A stretch of DNA of 37,009 bases from Guillardia theta CCMP2712 (taxonomy: Eukaryota > Protista > Cryptophyta): assembly GCF_000315625.1 (NCBI RefSeq), contig NW_005434572.1, forward strand, positions 40,631-77,639, written 5' to 3'. The position numbers and the translations under genes were made by a program. How positions within the stretch are numbered: position 1 is the first letter of the stretch; every line of letters starts with the position of its first letter. The notes beneath the pieces were generated by a model. It had not been told where the DNA came from, ran no database searches, and saw only the letters and a list, made by a program, of their open reading frames with translations. Shown piece by piece: positions 1-10,924 of this stretch.

Positions 1-620
1 CAAAAAGTGGGGGTAGTCAAGAGTGCTCCTCACTTTTCACATATCAACGTTGTAAGAGTGGGGGTGGGGTGGGTAGTGAATTCAATAAGATTGAATTCAC
101 TAGGGGGACAGGGGTAGATTAGGTACAATCAGGGGTGATGAAAGTAACAAGTGCTGAGTAGGGTAGGTAGGGTGGTCTTGAAGGACATCTGAGAATGGGG
201 TGGGGTAGTGAACGATTGAGATGCAATCTGTGATTGGGGGGTCATATAAGGGAAAGGGTGGGGTGATCTTGGGGCAAGAAATGGACGTGCTGGAGGAGGG
301 TGGGGTAGTTTTATTTTAGTCCCCAAGTTTTAATTCCGAGGGTCATGACTAGAGAGCCATTGGGAAACGAAAGGGTAGGGGTGGTAGGGGGTAGCGTCAA
401 AAATTTGGGCGATAGGGGTACGGCATTAACTTACAGGGTAGGGGTACTCAAGGAAGTCAGTTGGGTCGGGTGAAACACGACCAGTCTTCCTTGTAACAGA
501 TGTGGGTAGGGGTACTGAAGAAGGGAGGGTAGGGGGTGGTGTGATGTAGGGTGGTGGGGTGGCATTCTTCGAGCAAGGATATGCGACGAGTGCGAGTTGA
601 GGAGATGGTGGGCGAGGGGT
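1..620 (+). repeat. G-run-rich strand-asymmetric low-complexity tract (GGGGTAG/GGGTGGG words)
   Basis: Many ggggtag/ggggtgggg words, no credible ORF; similar texture at ~20510-20547 and ~34010-34190. Confidence 0.6.
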
Positions 621-943
621 CCCTTGCGACATTCAATGGCATCAGCATTCATTCTACCATTTCCTCGCTCGCTGCCTTGACCCCTGGCTCCCTCTAGCGC
701 TCCCACCCATGTTTGCTCGCTCGCTCGCTGGCTTCCTCCCTCGTACGAGCTGGTGGAAATTGCGTGGTAGGGATGAGCGAAGAATCAAGCTTGAGGGCAG
801 TGAAACAAGCGACCATGCATTAGAGTGAATAAGTGAATGAGCGAAAAAGAGAGCAGGGTGCAGACGAGGATAGATCGAGATGGGATCAATGGAGGGAGGG
901 TGCGTCGAACGAGAATCTGACAGGAGAGCTGCAGTAGAGTAGT

Positions 944-972
944 GATGCGATGCGATGCGATGCGATGCGATG
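944..972 (+). repeat. (GATGC)n microsatellite, ~6 copies
   Basis: Directly visible. Confidence 0.95.
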
Positions 973-1468
973 AGACCTGATTGGTCTATGATATGAAGTT
1001 AATGTGAAATGCTACGAGATGGTTCGAGATTCCCAGATGGTGTCTTGCAGTCGTGGTTGATCTTGTGAGAGATTGGAAGTTGGTGACTAAGGAAGAGCAA
1101 GCGACATCACAGTAGTTCGGCATGCGGTGCATGGCAGAAACGTTAGGGTGTGTGCTTGCTGGTCACGCATACGGCGACAAATTTATGCACCACTTTGATA
1201 GCGTGTAGATTTACAAACATGTCCATAATGTGACTTTTGTTTATTCAGAACTACTGGTGGCCTTGTCAAGTCAACAAATCAGTTCGAGCTGGCTGGAAGT
1301 GCGAGAACTGATTGCTGCGAAAATCAAGCATGTGCAGAGAAGGTGCTGATCTAGCATAATCTGTTTGAATACCTCAGATTCTGGGAAACTCTCTATCTGG
1401 GGTCATCCTGTATTCAACACAAGAGCTCTCGAACAAGCGGCCTCACCCGATCGGACCGATGCCAGCGC

Positions 1469-4214
1469 TTGATTGTTCTGCTTCAGTTTGAAAACTCGGT
1501 GGTGAACTCGTACAGCTCTGAAACATCTGTTTTCTTCATTCGAAATGGCTGCTGCTGTGGTGGCGTCGAGAGAGGGTTCAATCTTGGACAATTTTCCTAC
1601 AGGCGGCCGACTGTCTACAGTTTGCGATCTGAAACACAGAACAACTTGCCTGAAGCATCGGAGATCGTCAAAGAGAGTTTGCTTTCTAAGCAATCAGCAG
1701 GTACGGTGTGAACAGCCACTTCCCTTTGAGCGTTTACATCTGAAGAGCAATCGCAATGTTCAATTTGACTTGCTCTCACAGGTTTGAGCGGATTATGGCT
1801 TCCAAGAAAAGTGATGGTGTCGGACATGAAACTGTTTGTGTGTGATAATCAGTCGGGAGCTCTGCTCGAAAGCTTCTGGCTTGCGGACATCGTGGACATG
1901 GACGCGCGTCAGATCGTCGAGCGGGAGTGTCATGCCCCGAAGATGTCTCCCCTGCGAGCGTTGCAGTCTATCAAGGACTTGCTGGTCGGGCCCATGGAAC
2001 ACGCGTGCGACGACATCTACGACGACTCCACCCAGCGATCCTTCGCCATCTGCGTCTACAGCAGGAGAGAGAATCAGGTCCGCGCTCTCGCCTTCAAGGC
2101 CAGTAGCCCCCTTGAGCGTGTGGAATGGATTGAGTGCCTGACGGAACTCGTCACGGCTGCTAAGGCGAAGGAGCAACGGGCGCTGTCTAAGTTGGAGTGC
2201 TGGAATGCCAAGGTGAAGAAGGTCTACGACAGCTTCCCGTTCCAACTGTTCGTCATCCTCCTCATCTTCGTCAATTTCGCCTTCAACATTGCGGAGGCTG
2301 AGCTCAACACAGCACCAGACGATCCTCTCAATAATGTGAGTCGAGATTTTGGCTGATATCGATAGTGATAGAGTTGTTGGCAGCTCTTTCAGAACGCAGA
2401 TAATTTCTTCACCATCATCTTCACGGTTGAGGTGAGTCGTTCTTTGTTTGTCGCGTCTCGTCGCTGATTTTCTGTTTTCTGCTTTTCTTTGTTCACTTGG
2501 ACGTCTGCATGTCAAAGCTCGCTATCAACGTGACTGCAAACTGGATTACTCCGTTCCTGATGGATTCATGGAATGTCTTGGATACTTCTGTTGTTGTTGT
2601 CTCCCTGCTATCATTCTACGCCTCCAACATACCGGGAGTGAAGGGGTTCCGTATCCTCCGCGTCCTGAAAGTTGTGAGTGACTTTCGTTGGGACCCATTC
2701 TTGTCCTGTCTAACTGCCGTCAGGTCCGAGTGTTCAAGCGTTTGACGTCTCTCCGGATGATTATTACAGCATTGGCATCCTCCGTCATTCCTGTTGCCAA
2801 CGTGTTTGTCATCCTGTTGCTCGCGAACATGGTCTATGCCATCCTTGGGGTTGGGCTCTTCAGTCAGTCGTCTCCTGACTTCTTTGGAACCTTCTCGCGA
2901 GCTTTCTTCACCATGTTCCAGTGCGTGACAGGAGATGGCTGGGCGAGTTCCGTTGCTCGGCCAATGATGGATCCGCTGGGAGGGTACAGCTCGAGCATAG
3001 CCATCTTCTTCCTGAGCTACATCCTGATCGTCTCATGGATCATCGTCAACGTGGTGCTTGCTGTCCTGCTCGACGAGTTCCTCAAGGCGGCATCCGACGA
3101 GAAGGCTGCCATGCACAGGGAAAAGAACTCAAACTCAGAGTTGAGGCTGCTCTATACCACTCTAGATCCCCTCCTCTCACACCTCTCGCAGTTTCACAGC
3201 ACTGACGACCTTCTCCGGCGCCTCAGCGACCTCTTTCAAGTCCTCGTCGACAACGACGACGAGGTTCTCACGCTGTCAGAGTTTTCGGCTGGCTTGAGGA
3301 AGCTGGCGTTCCGTCCGATTGTGCAGATTGACAGTCATGGGCTCGTCGAGATGATGCGCGTCATGAACTCGCACGGTTCCAACCTGCTCGACGTCGAGCG
3401 CATCGCAGAGGAGGGCATGGACAGGCAGCAGTTCATGCAGTTCATGCGCTTCCACCTCCGCAGATATGTGCAGCGAGTGGTCTCGCGGACGATCGCGCTG
3501 GAGACGCACGAGGACAACGGGACATCTTCGATTCTCTTCATCCTCAAGTACGTTGTGACCGCTCTGGACGAGCTCTCCTACCTCGTTCACACACGAGGGG
3601 AGCCAGCAGCTACCAGGACGATGTCGGACAAGGAGCGGGGAGGCGCTCACGGCCCTCACTCGCAGCCCTCCCCAGAAGCATCAGCCCTAGAGGCGACAAT
3701 TCGTGGAGAGATCGACGAGTCTGGGGTGGAGCTGTCAGAGAAGACAGGAGCAAGGATGAGCGACCAGGCGCGGGGGATGCTAGAGGAAGTGGACTGTGAG
3801 TTTGTGGTGGAGAAGTTGGAGCGAGGTGGAGTGCTGGAGGCGGCAGACGTCGAGGCGCTCCGGAACGACGAGGAGCACTTCGACGACGTCATGGACAGGT
3901 GCGGGGTGACGAGGAGGGAATCGAAGCAACTATGGAAGGCTCTCCGCGATCACAGGCGTACTAATGGAGTGCGGAAACGCCTGCAGGAGGAAGAGGAGGA
4001 GGAGGGGAAGAGGCAGATCCCGGTGGTGGCTCCGGAGTACAGTGACAGGCGTTTTCCCCAAGCGAAGTCGGAGGGCAAGCAGCACGAGCTCCCTCCTTCG
4101 CTGCTGCCCGGTTTCAACGGTTTGATCAGGTCTGACTTCTCCCTGGGATGGAAGGCGAGAGCGATGGAGCTTGCTCAAGCTCGTCGAAGACTGGAGGCTC
4201 GCTTCTCTCCTTGA
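1469..4214 (+). CDS. Single-domain (6TM) voltage-gated cation channel with N-terminal PH domain and C-terminal EF-hand-like/SAM-like regions; spliced, 5' end uncertain (possible further exons ~1050-1460)
   Basis: GT-AG introns 1701-1781, 2335-2383, 2432-2517 and 2674-2722 join the ORFs in frame. PH: IVKESLLSKQSAGLSGLWLPRKVMV...LAFKASSPLERVEWIECL. S1 FQLFVILLIFVNF; S2 NFFTIIFTVELAI; S3 DSWNVLDTSVVVVS; S4 KGFRILRVLKVVRVFKRL; S5 FVILLLANMVYAILGVGLF; pore FFTMFQCVTGDGW; S6 IIVNVVLAVLLDEF. Confidence 0.9.
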
Positions 4215-5306
4215 CTTCACTCCTCTCCTTCACTTCGCTTCACCTCTGTACATCTCTTCGCTTCTTCACTTCGATTCTAAGTTTTTCCTCGCCTCTTGTA
4301 CTTGCGATGCTTCTGTGAAGGTTCTAATAATCAATTTTCAATGCTCTACTTGTCTCTGCGACAGTTGTGAATGCTTCGATGCTGCCAGGCTCTCTTCCTC
4401 CTGTCGCCCAACTTTGACTTCACACGGTTCGGTTCCATCCGCTCGGTGACTCTGTGAGGGCGTAAAAAGTGTTTATACGACCAAAGGAAGAATACCCAAT
4501 CACCCCGGGCCGGGCTCAGTGACTCAGTGCACCCGGTCCCCCCCGGCGATCGGACGGTCATTTGCCAATCATGAATGATTGCTTGACTCACTGAGTGACC
4601 GTCTGAGTCCGGCGTACCCCCGGCGTCCGACGATCGTCGGGCTCGGAATACCCGGTGTTCGGTTGCAGCGGCGCCGCTGCGGCCGCTGACTGAGGCTGCT
4701 GAGTCCGATCCGATGGTCCGACGGCCGCCCGGAAGTTTCTCAGTCACACGGAACTTGGGAATTCAGAGTCACGTCGGAAGGCCCGGGCCCGGGCCGCCAG
4801 TTTGACGGTCAATTCCCTAGTAGTGGGCTGGCACGGCGGCGGCGGGGCCCAGGCACCTCGGGCCAGCGCCCCCGGCGTACTGCGCGCCGGCCGCCCCCCC
4901 GGGCGCCCGTGACTGCCATCCGTGCCAGCGGCGTGACCGGCGGACTGAGCCGCGGCGGCAAGGGGGGCCCGCCGGCCTCCCCTGTGACATTACGTATGAC
5001 ATTACGTTCCCTCCGTGTGACTCCCGCGCCCGGGCCGCGCGCGGCCCGCCGCCCCCGGGGGGCCGGCGGCGGGGGTCAGTGACCACGGTATCGGACGACC
5101 GTGCGCGTGGCCGGTACTACCGCCCCCGTGACTGAGCGGACTGGGACTCGGAGTCCGAAGGCTCACTGGGCAGGCTCGCAGTGGCAGGTGAGGTTCCGAG
5201 CCACAAAGCCGCGGCGGCCCGCCGGCCCCCCCGCCCCCCGTGCCAGTAAGTTACTCGTGAGTATCCGGGACAGTATCCGATAATTATCCGGAACGGTATC
5301 CGCGCC

Positions 5307-5318
5307 ACCGCACGTGCA
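5307..5318. promoter_or_regulatory. ACCGCACGTGCA (E-box/G-box core CACGTG) 3 nt upstream of NOC2 ATG
   Basis: Exact 12-mer shared with the SAS10 upstream region; function inferred. Confidence 0.55.
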
Positions 5319-5321
5319 GCC

Positions 5322-8300
5322 ATGGGGAAAGTGTCGAAGGCAACGAAGAGGTTCAGCCAGAAGCGGCTGAGCGATGAGCTCAAGGCGAGGAAGATGAGGA
5401 AGAAGATCAACTACAGAGAGAAGAAGAAGTGGGGCGCGAGAAAGTCTCCTCAAGAGCTGGAGGCTGAAAGGAAGGGAAAGAGCGAGGAGGAGGAGGAGGA
5501 GGAGGAGGAGGAGGAGAGCCAGGAGGTGTCGAAGGAAAAGGTCCAAAGCAAGAAAGGAGACGATTATGATAAAGACGTTGAAGACTTCCTCGAGAAAGGA
5601 TTTTTTGAGGCTCTTGAGGAGGAAGAGCCATCTGAGGCAGAGAGCGATGGCGAGGAGGGCGAAGGGGAGGACGAGGACGAGGGCGAAGGGGAGGACGACG
5701 ATCTCTCAGACACAGATGCGATCTCGAAGCACAAGCAGGACCTTGAGAGACTGAAAGTGGAGCAGCCAGAATTCTACAAGTACCTCCAGGAGAACGATAA
5801 GGACTTGCTCAACTTTGACGACTCAGAGGACGAGGGGGGGGATGAAGGTCAGCAGGCTGAGGCCGGCAAGGAGGAGGGAGAGGACGAGGACGACGGGGTC
5901 CAGATCCTCACATTGCAGACTTTGGACAGGTGGAACAGGTCGCTGCTGGGAGGAGAATCTTTCAAGGGGCTCCGCGATCTGATCAGAGCGTTTGAAAGCG
6001 CATGCAACGTGGAGGATGTGGTCGATACCAAGGGTAAGGATGCGGAGGCTGTCGAACGGGCCAAGAACAAGTTCAAGTTTCGAATCGTCAGCGCACAAGT
6101 CTTCGAGCGGCTGATGCGCATGTGCCTGACGAAGATGCACATTTACTTGAGCCTCTACCTGAAGCTGAAGCCCTCGGAGGAAGGAGGAGCAGCCAAGAAA
6201 GCGAATCCTCAGTCAAGTGACAGATGGAAGCGAATTTCCCTCCCCATCAAAGCGTGAGAGACACTTGCAGGTCAAGTCCCAGCGGGTGTCTGACCACTCG
6301 TGGCAGGTACGTCAAGAGCATGGTAAACTTCCTCGAGACGCTGACGGACCCAACTATGACGCATCTGCTCCTCCGACATGCTGAGAGGCTGCTGGCCTAC
6401 ATCCGGTGCTCCTGCTTCTTTCTTCTCTTGTCCAGCTGACCTCCAGCTTGTGAAGCCCTTTCCCCAAGATCGCCAGGAAGCTGCTGAAGCTTTCCCTCCA
6501 AGTCTTCGGGAGCGTCGAGAGCAACCGCGTTCAGGCATTCTTCCTGGTCCGCCGGCTGGCAGTGGAGATGCCCTACCCCTTCATCGACGGCTGCTACAAG
6601 GGGCTCTACCTCACCTACGTGCGACACTGCAAGTTCACCAACCTCAACGTCATCGAGGGGCAGGTAACGAGCGACCTGGAGGGGATGGGGGAAGGGGGAA
6701 AGCTGAAGGGAGATGTGAGCGTAGGACACGAAAGTGCAAGGGGAGAGAGGAGCTGAGAGGAGCTGAGAGGAGCTGAGAGGAGCTGAGAGGAGCTGAGAGG
6801 AGCTGAGAGGAGCTGAGAGGAGCTGAGAGGAAGGGAGCAGGAGACGGAGAGGAACATGGCAGGCGGGTTCTGACTTGTTGCCAAGGCTTTCATGGCTCAA
6901 TGTGTCGTTGAACTCTTCGGGCTGGACAAGAACATTGCCTACGAGCATTCCTTTGTCTACATCCGCCAGATGGCCATCCAGCTCCGCTCAGCTATCACAA
7001 CCTCTGCCTCCAAGAGTGCCGGTTCCCTTCCCATCCTTTCCTGCGTCTCTTGTGCTCCTGCTCCTGCTCCTGCTCCTTCTCATGCTACTGCCACTGCTTT
7101 CGCTGCCGCTCTAGCTGCTGCTGCCGTTGCTCTCCCTCACCTCTCGCTCTTCGCCTCTGCTTCCTCTTCCTGCTGTAAGGCAAGTCATGAGGCCTGACCG
7201 GAGCTCGCAGACGCTCACAAGGTGATCTCGAGCTGGCAGTACCTCAACTCCCTCAAGCTCTGGGGGAGGATGCTCTCTTCCTACCCCGGCAAGGACGCGC
7301 TGGGCCCCCTCGTCTATCCCCTGGTTCAGATCGCCCTCGGTGTCCTCACCTACCTCAACGCCCCGAAGCATCTCCCGCTCCGCCTGCAGGTCTGCCAGGT
7401 TCTCGTGCGGGTCCAGCGGCACTGCGAGGTTTACATCCCCCTCTCTCCCCACATCCTCGACATCTTCACCAAGCGCGACCTTCACAACACCTCCGTCAAG
7501 GCTGGCTCGCACCCCCACGACTTCCAGGTCGGCATCAAAGTCAGCAAGACGGTCCTGTCCACCCGCCTCTACCAGGAGGCCGCCTTCGAGGAGACGCTCA
7601 AGACTCTGGTGCTGGTCGAGGAGTCGGAGGAAGAGGCTTCCTTACCCCTTCCTGTCAGGTCCTCTTCTACGGCTCCTGCTGCTACAGCCCGTCCTTCCCC
7701 GAGCTCGTCGTTCCCTGCATCATGCAGCTCAGGTTGTTCGCCAAGGCAACGCAGGTCTCGAGGTTTCGCCGTCAGGTCAGCTCCTTCCCTCCTCCCCTCC
7801 TTGTCGCTTCCTCTGTCTCTCCCCTCCTCCCTGCTTTCCCTGTCTCCCTCCTCACTCTCTCGCTTCTCAGGTCAAGGACGTGATCGAGCGTTTCGAGCGC
7901 AACGCCTCCTTCATCGCGAGGTTGAGAAACTCGTCGAGCATCTCGCCCCAGGAAGTTCTTCCTATTAATGCTCTCCAATCCGCCGACCCTCAAGGACAGG
8001 TCGTTCCTCTTCCCCTTCTCCCCCTCCTCCTCCTACCCTTCTTCTCCCTCCCCTCCTCCTCCTCCTCCTCCTCCTCCTCCTTCCCCCCCTTCTTCTCCCT
8101 CCCCTTCTCACTCTCGTTTGCCTACATTGCATCCTCTCCTCTCTTCTTCCCTCCTCTCTCTCATGTCCTGACTCTCCGCCAGGCCCCGCTTCGCTCAGCG
8201 TGGCTGCAGTCGGCGACAATCGGGGGAGACTTGAAGACGCTGATGGAGAAGAGAAACGCCAAGGTGAACCCGCTAAAGGAGGGAGAAGGCCTGACGACTG

Positions 8301-8605
8301 AGCAGGTGGAGGCCAAGGAGGAGGAGGACGATGATGATGATGAGGAGGAGGCGACTGGAGCTGAAGAGGACGGCAAGACAGCGAAAGAGCCGAGATGGAA
8401 GGAGGCGAGGAGAGAAAAGAGGAAGCGAGAGAGGCAGGAGAGGGCGGCAAAGAAGAAGGGAGAGGAGGAGAGCACGAAGAAAGAAACGGCAACGAAGAAG
8501 AAGACCAAGAAGAGCAAAGTAGGAGGAGTCGCCGCATCCCATCCCGTAGCGGACGACAAGGAGGACGAGGTGTTCGACTTGCAGCTCTCCGAGGACGAGG
8601 ATTGA
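5322..8605 (+). CDS. NOC2: Nucleolar complex protein 2 homolog (60S biogenesis); spliced
   Basis: MGKVSKATKRF start, HKQDLERLKVEQPEFYKYLQENDKDLLNF, FMAQCVVELFG..AYEHSFVYIRQMAIQLRSA, WQYLNSLKLW, LVYPLVQI, PLRLQ, YSPSFPEL are Noc2 family motifs; seven GT-AG introns restore the frame (e.g. 6664-6885, 8000-8182); basic/acidic C-tail. Confidence 0.95.
6745..6830 (+). repeat. 10-bp minisatellite (AGCTGAGAGG)x8 inside a NOC2 intron
   Basis: Eight perfect units 6751-6830 plus a partial unit. Confidence 0.97.
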
Positions 8606-8633
8606 ATGTATGTAACGCTAGACAACAACACCC

Positions 8634-10889
8634 TCACCACACCTTGCGCTGAGTTATCGCCTGCATGCAGATCTCAGCCCCTCCCTCCTCCTTTTTTCCT
8701 CCCCCCTCCCCCAGCACTTTCTTCCTCCCCCTCCCCCAGCACACCTTCAGCATGGTCTTGGACTGCTTTTCCTTGAGCTTGATATCCTTCACCTGCATGC
8801 CCGTCATCATGCGTGCTGAGGGGGGAGGATGGCGGACAGGAGGAGGAGGAGGAGGAGAAAAGTTGGAGATGGTTGAGATTTACCTTCTGCCATTGCTCTT
8901 GCAGCTCCTTCTTCTCGAACTCCATCCTCCTCTCTGCAGCTTCCTTCCCTTCTTCCCACGCCTGTTCCCTCGTCAGACGCAGCTGTCACGATACGCTTGC
9001 CGCACCTTCTCCAGCAGCTTCATGAGTTCTTCTCCCCCTACCATCCTCTGATCTCCGACCCCTCCTAGCTTGCCGCCCCTCCCTGCCCCGCTCCTCTTCG
9101 CTACTTGCTCCCCCTCCTGCGCTATCGAGCTGAAGCCGCTCGCCATGCCAACTGGACTCTTCCCTCTGGGGAGATCCGGCGAGTCCTGAAGCCTGAGGTC
9201 AGGACAAGAGGAGGAGGAGGAAGACAGACAGGTTGGGCGGGGGATGCGTCTCTCCGCGAGCTTCGCTGCCTCTCCTTCTCCATCGCTTGCTCGAGTTCCT
9301 TCTGCTGTTGGGTCACGAGGCACAGGAGGAGGAAGCACTTGACCTTTTCGTCCTCTAGCATCTTCACCCTCCTCCGCAGTCGCTCCGCCTGCTCCTTGTG
9401 CTCACTCTCGCTTGCTCGAACGGCCTCCAGCTCCTCGGACATGATGTGCAGCTCCAGTCTTGAGCTCTACAGGAAGAGTTGTAAGAGCAAGACGCAAAGA
9501 AGATGGATGGATGGACGGACGGACGGATGGATGGATGGATGGATGGATGGATGGAGGGAGGGAGGGAGGGAGGGAGGGGTTGGAGGAAGAAGAGTTCGAA
9601 CCTCAAGGTCGTGCACTAGCTGCCCCTCCGCCTCCTTTGAGTACTGAACCTGCAAACTGAATCATCCAAACTTCCTCTCCCCCCTCCCCCCGTGTTGCCC
9701 TCCCTACTCTCTTCTTCTCGCCCTCCCTTTCCTCCTCTCTCCCCATCTCTCTCCCCCTTCCCCGCCCTCTTCCCTTCCTGTTGGCTCCTCTACCTGTAGT
9801 CTGCACTCGGCGATGGTTCTGTCGGACATCTGCTGTAGGAGCTCGTTCCGTCGAACCTGCTCAAGCAGCTAGTCGCGTGTTTGTCAGATGCAGTCAGAGG
9901 GGAGAGAAGCATTTACCTCCTCCTCCAGCCTGCGGCACTTGTTTTCATCCCCAGCTGCCGTTGACTCCAACATATGGAGCGAGGGAGAGGCAGAGGAAGA
10001 TGCAGAGCGAGAGCGGAAGGCAGAGTCACAGGCTAGTAAACAAGAATCCAACGAGTCCATCAACTGCTGAGCCGAGAGGACGAAAGTCCCGACATGCTCT
10101 GAGATCCTCTGCAGTTCCTGTTCAGGATGATCACGGCGAGAGGATCTTGCATCCTTCAGCTGCCTCTTCCTAGCTTCATCCTCAGCCTCCTCGTCTCCTT
10201 CCCATCCCTTTGACTTCGCCGAATCTCCTTCCCATCCCTTTGACTTCCTCGAGGACCGTTCGGTCCTCGAGGAACTTCGCTTCAGCCAGTCGGGAGGAGG
10301 AAGACTTCTGAGCGCGTTGAGAAGCACAAGAAGGGAGCTGGAGGAGATGTTGGCTGCCTCCTCCCCTGACCCTCCTGCTCCTCCATCATCGTCCACGGGA
10401 GCAGGAGGAGAGGAGAGGGTCAGCGACTGAGCACAGCTTCTTCCCTCCAGCTCATCCCTAGCGTTCAGCGTGACCTCGGAGATCTTTCTGTACCATTCCA
10501 GCAGCTCCGCATTCCTTCCGCTTCCATCCCCCGCCACCTCTCCCCCTCCCTCCCTCCCGCAAGACTCTAGTTCAGATGACTCCACAAGTACTTCCCGATC
10601 GCTCGACACTTCAGGGACCTCCTCTCCCTCCGCACCATCCTCGGGCCCGCACTCACTGTCTCTCTGCCCCTGTGTCACTGCCAGAGCCCCTGCTCCTGCT
10701 GGCGGAGCGCTGGCAACCACGGTCCTCAACGACTCGAGCTCCTGCTGGACAGACTTGGCTCTCAAGAGCTGCGCTCGTATCATGCTGCTGCCGTTGAGGA
10801 GCTGCTGAGTGAGGTCCTTGAGTAGCTTCTCCAGATCCTCCTTCCTCAGCTTCTCATGGCCAGACGTCGCTGCTGAGTCAGCAGTGGAT

Positions 10890-10924
<35 letters not shown>

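Noticed and set aside
1-620. Telomeric repeat array
   Set aside because: G-rich but without a fixed tandem unit.
1784-2745. Frameshifted pseudogene or programmed frameshifting
   Set aside because: All frame changes are explained by canonical GT-AG introns.
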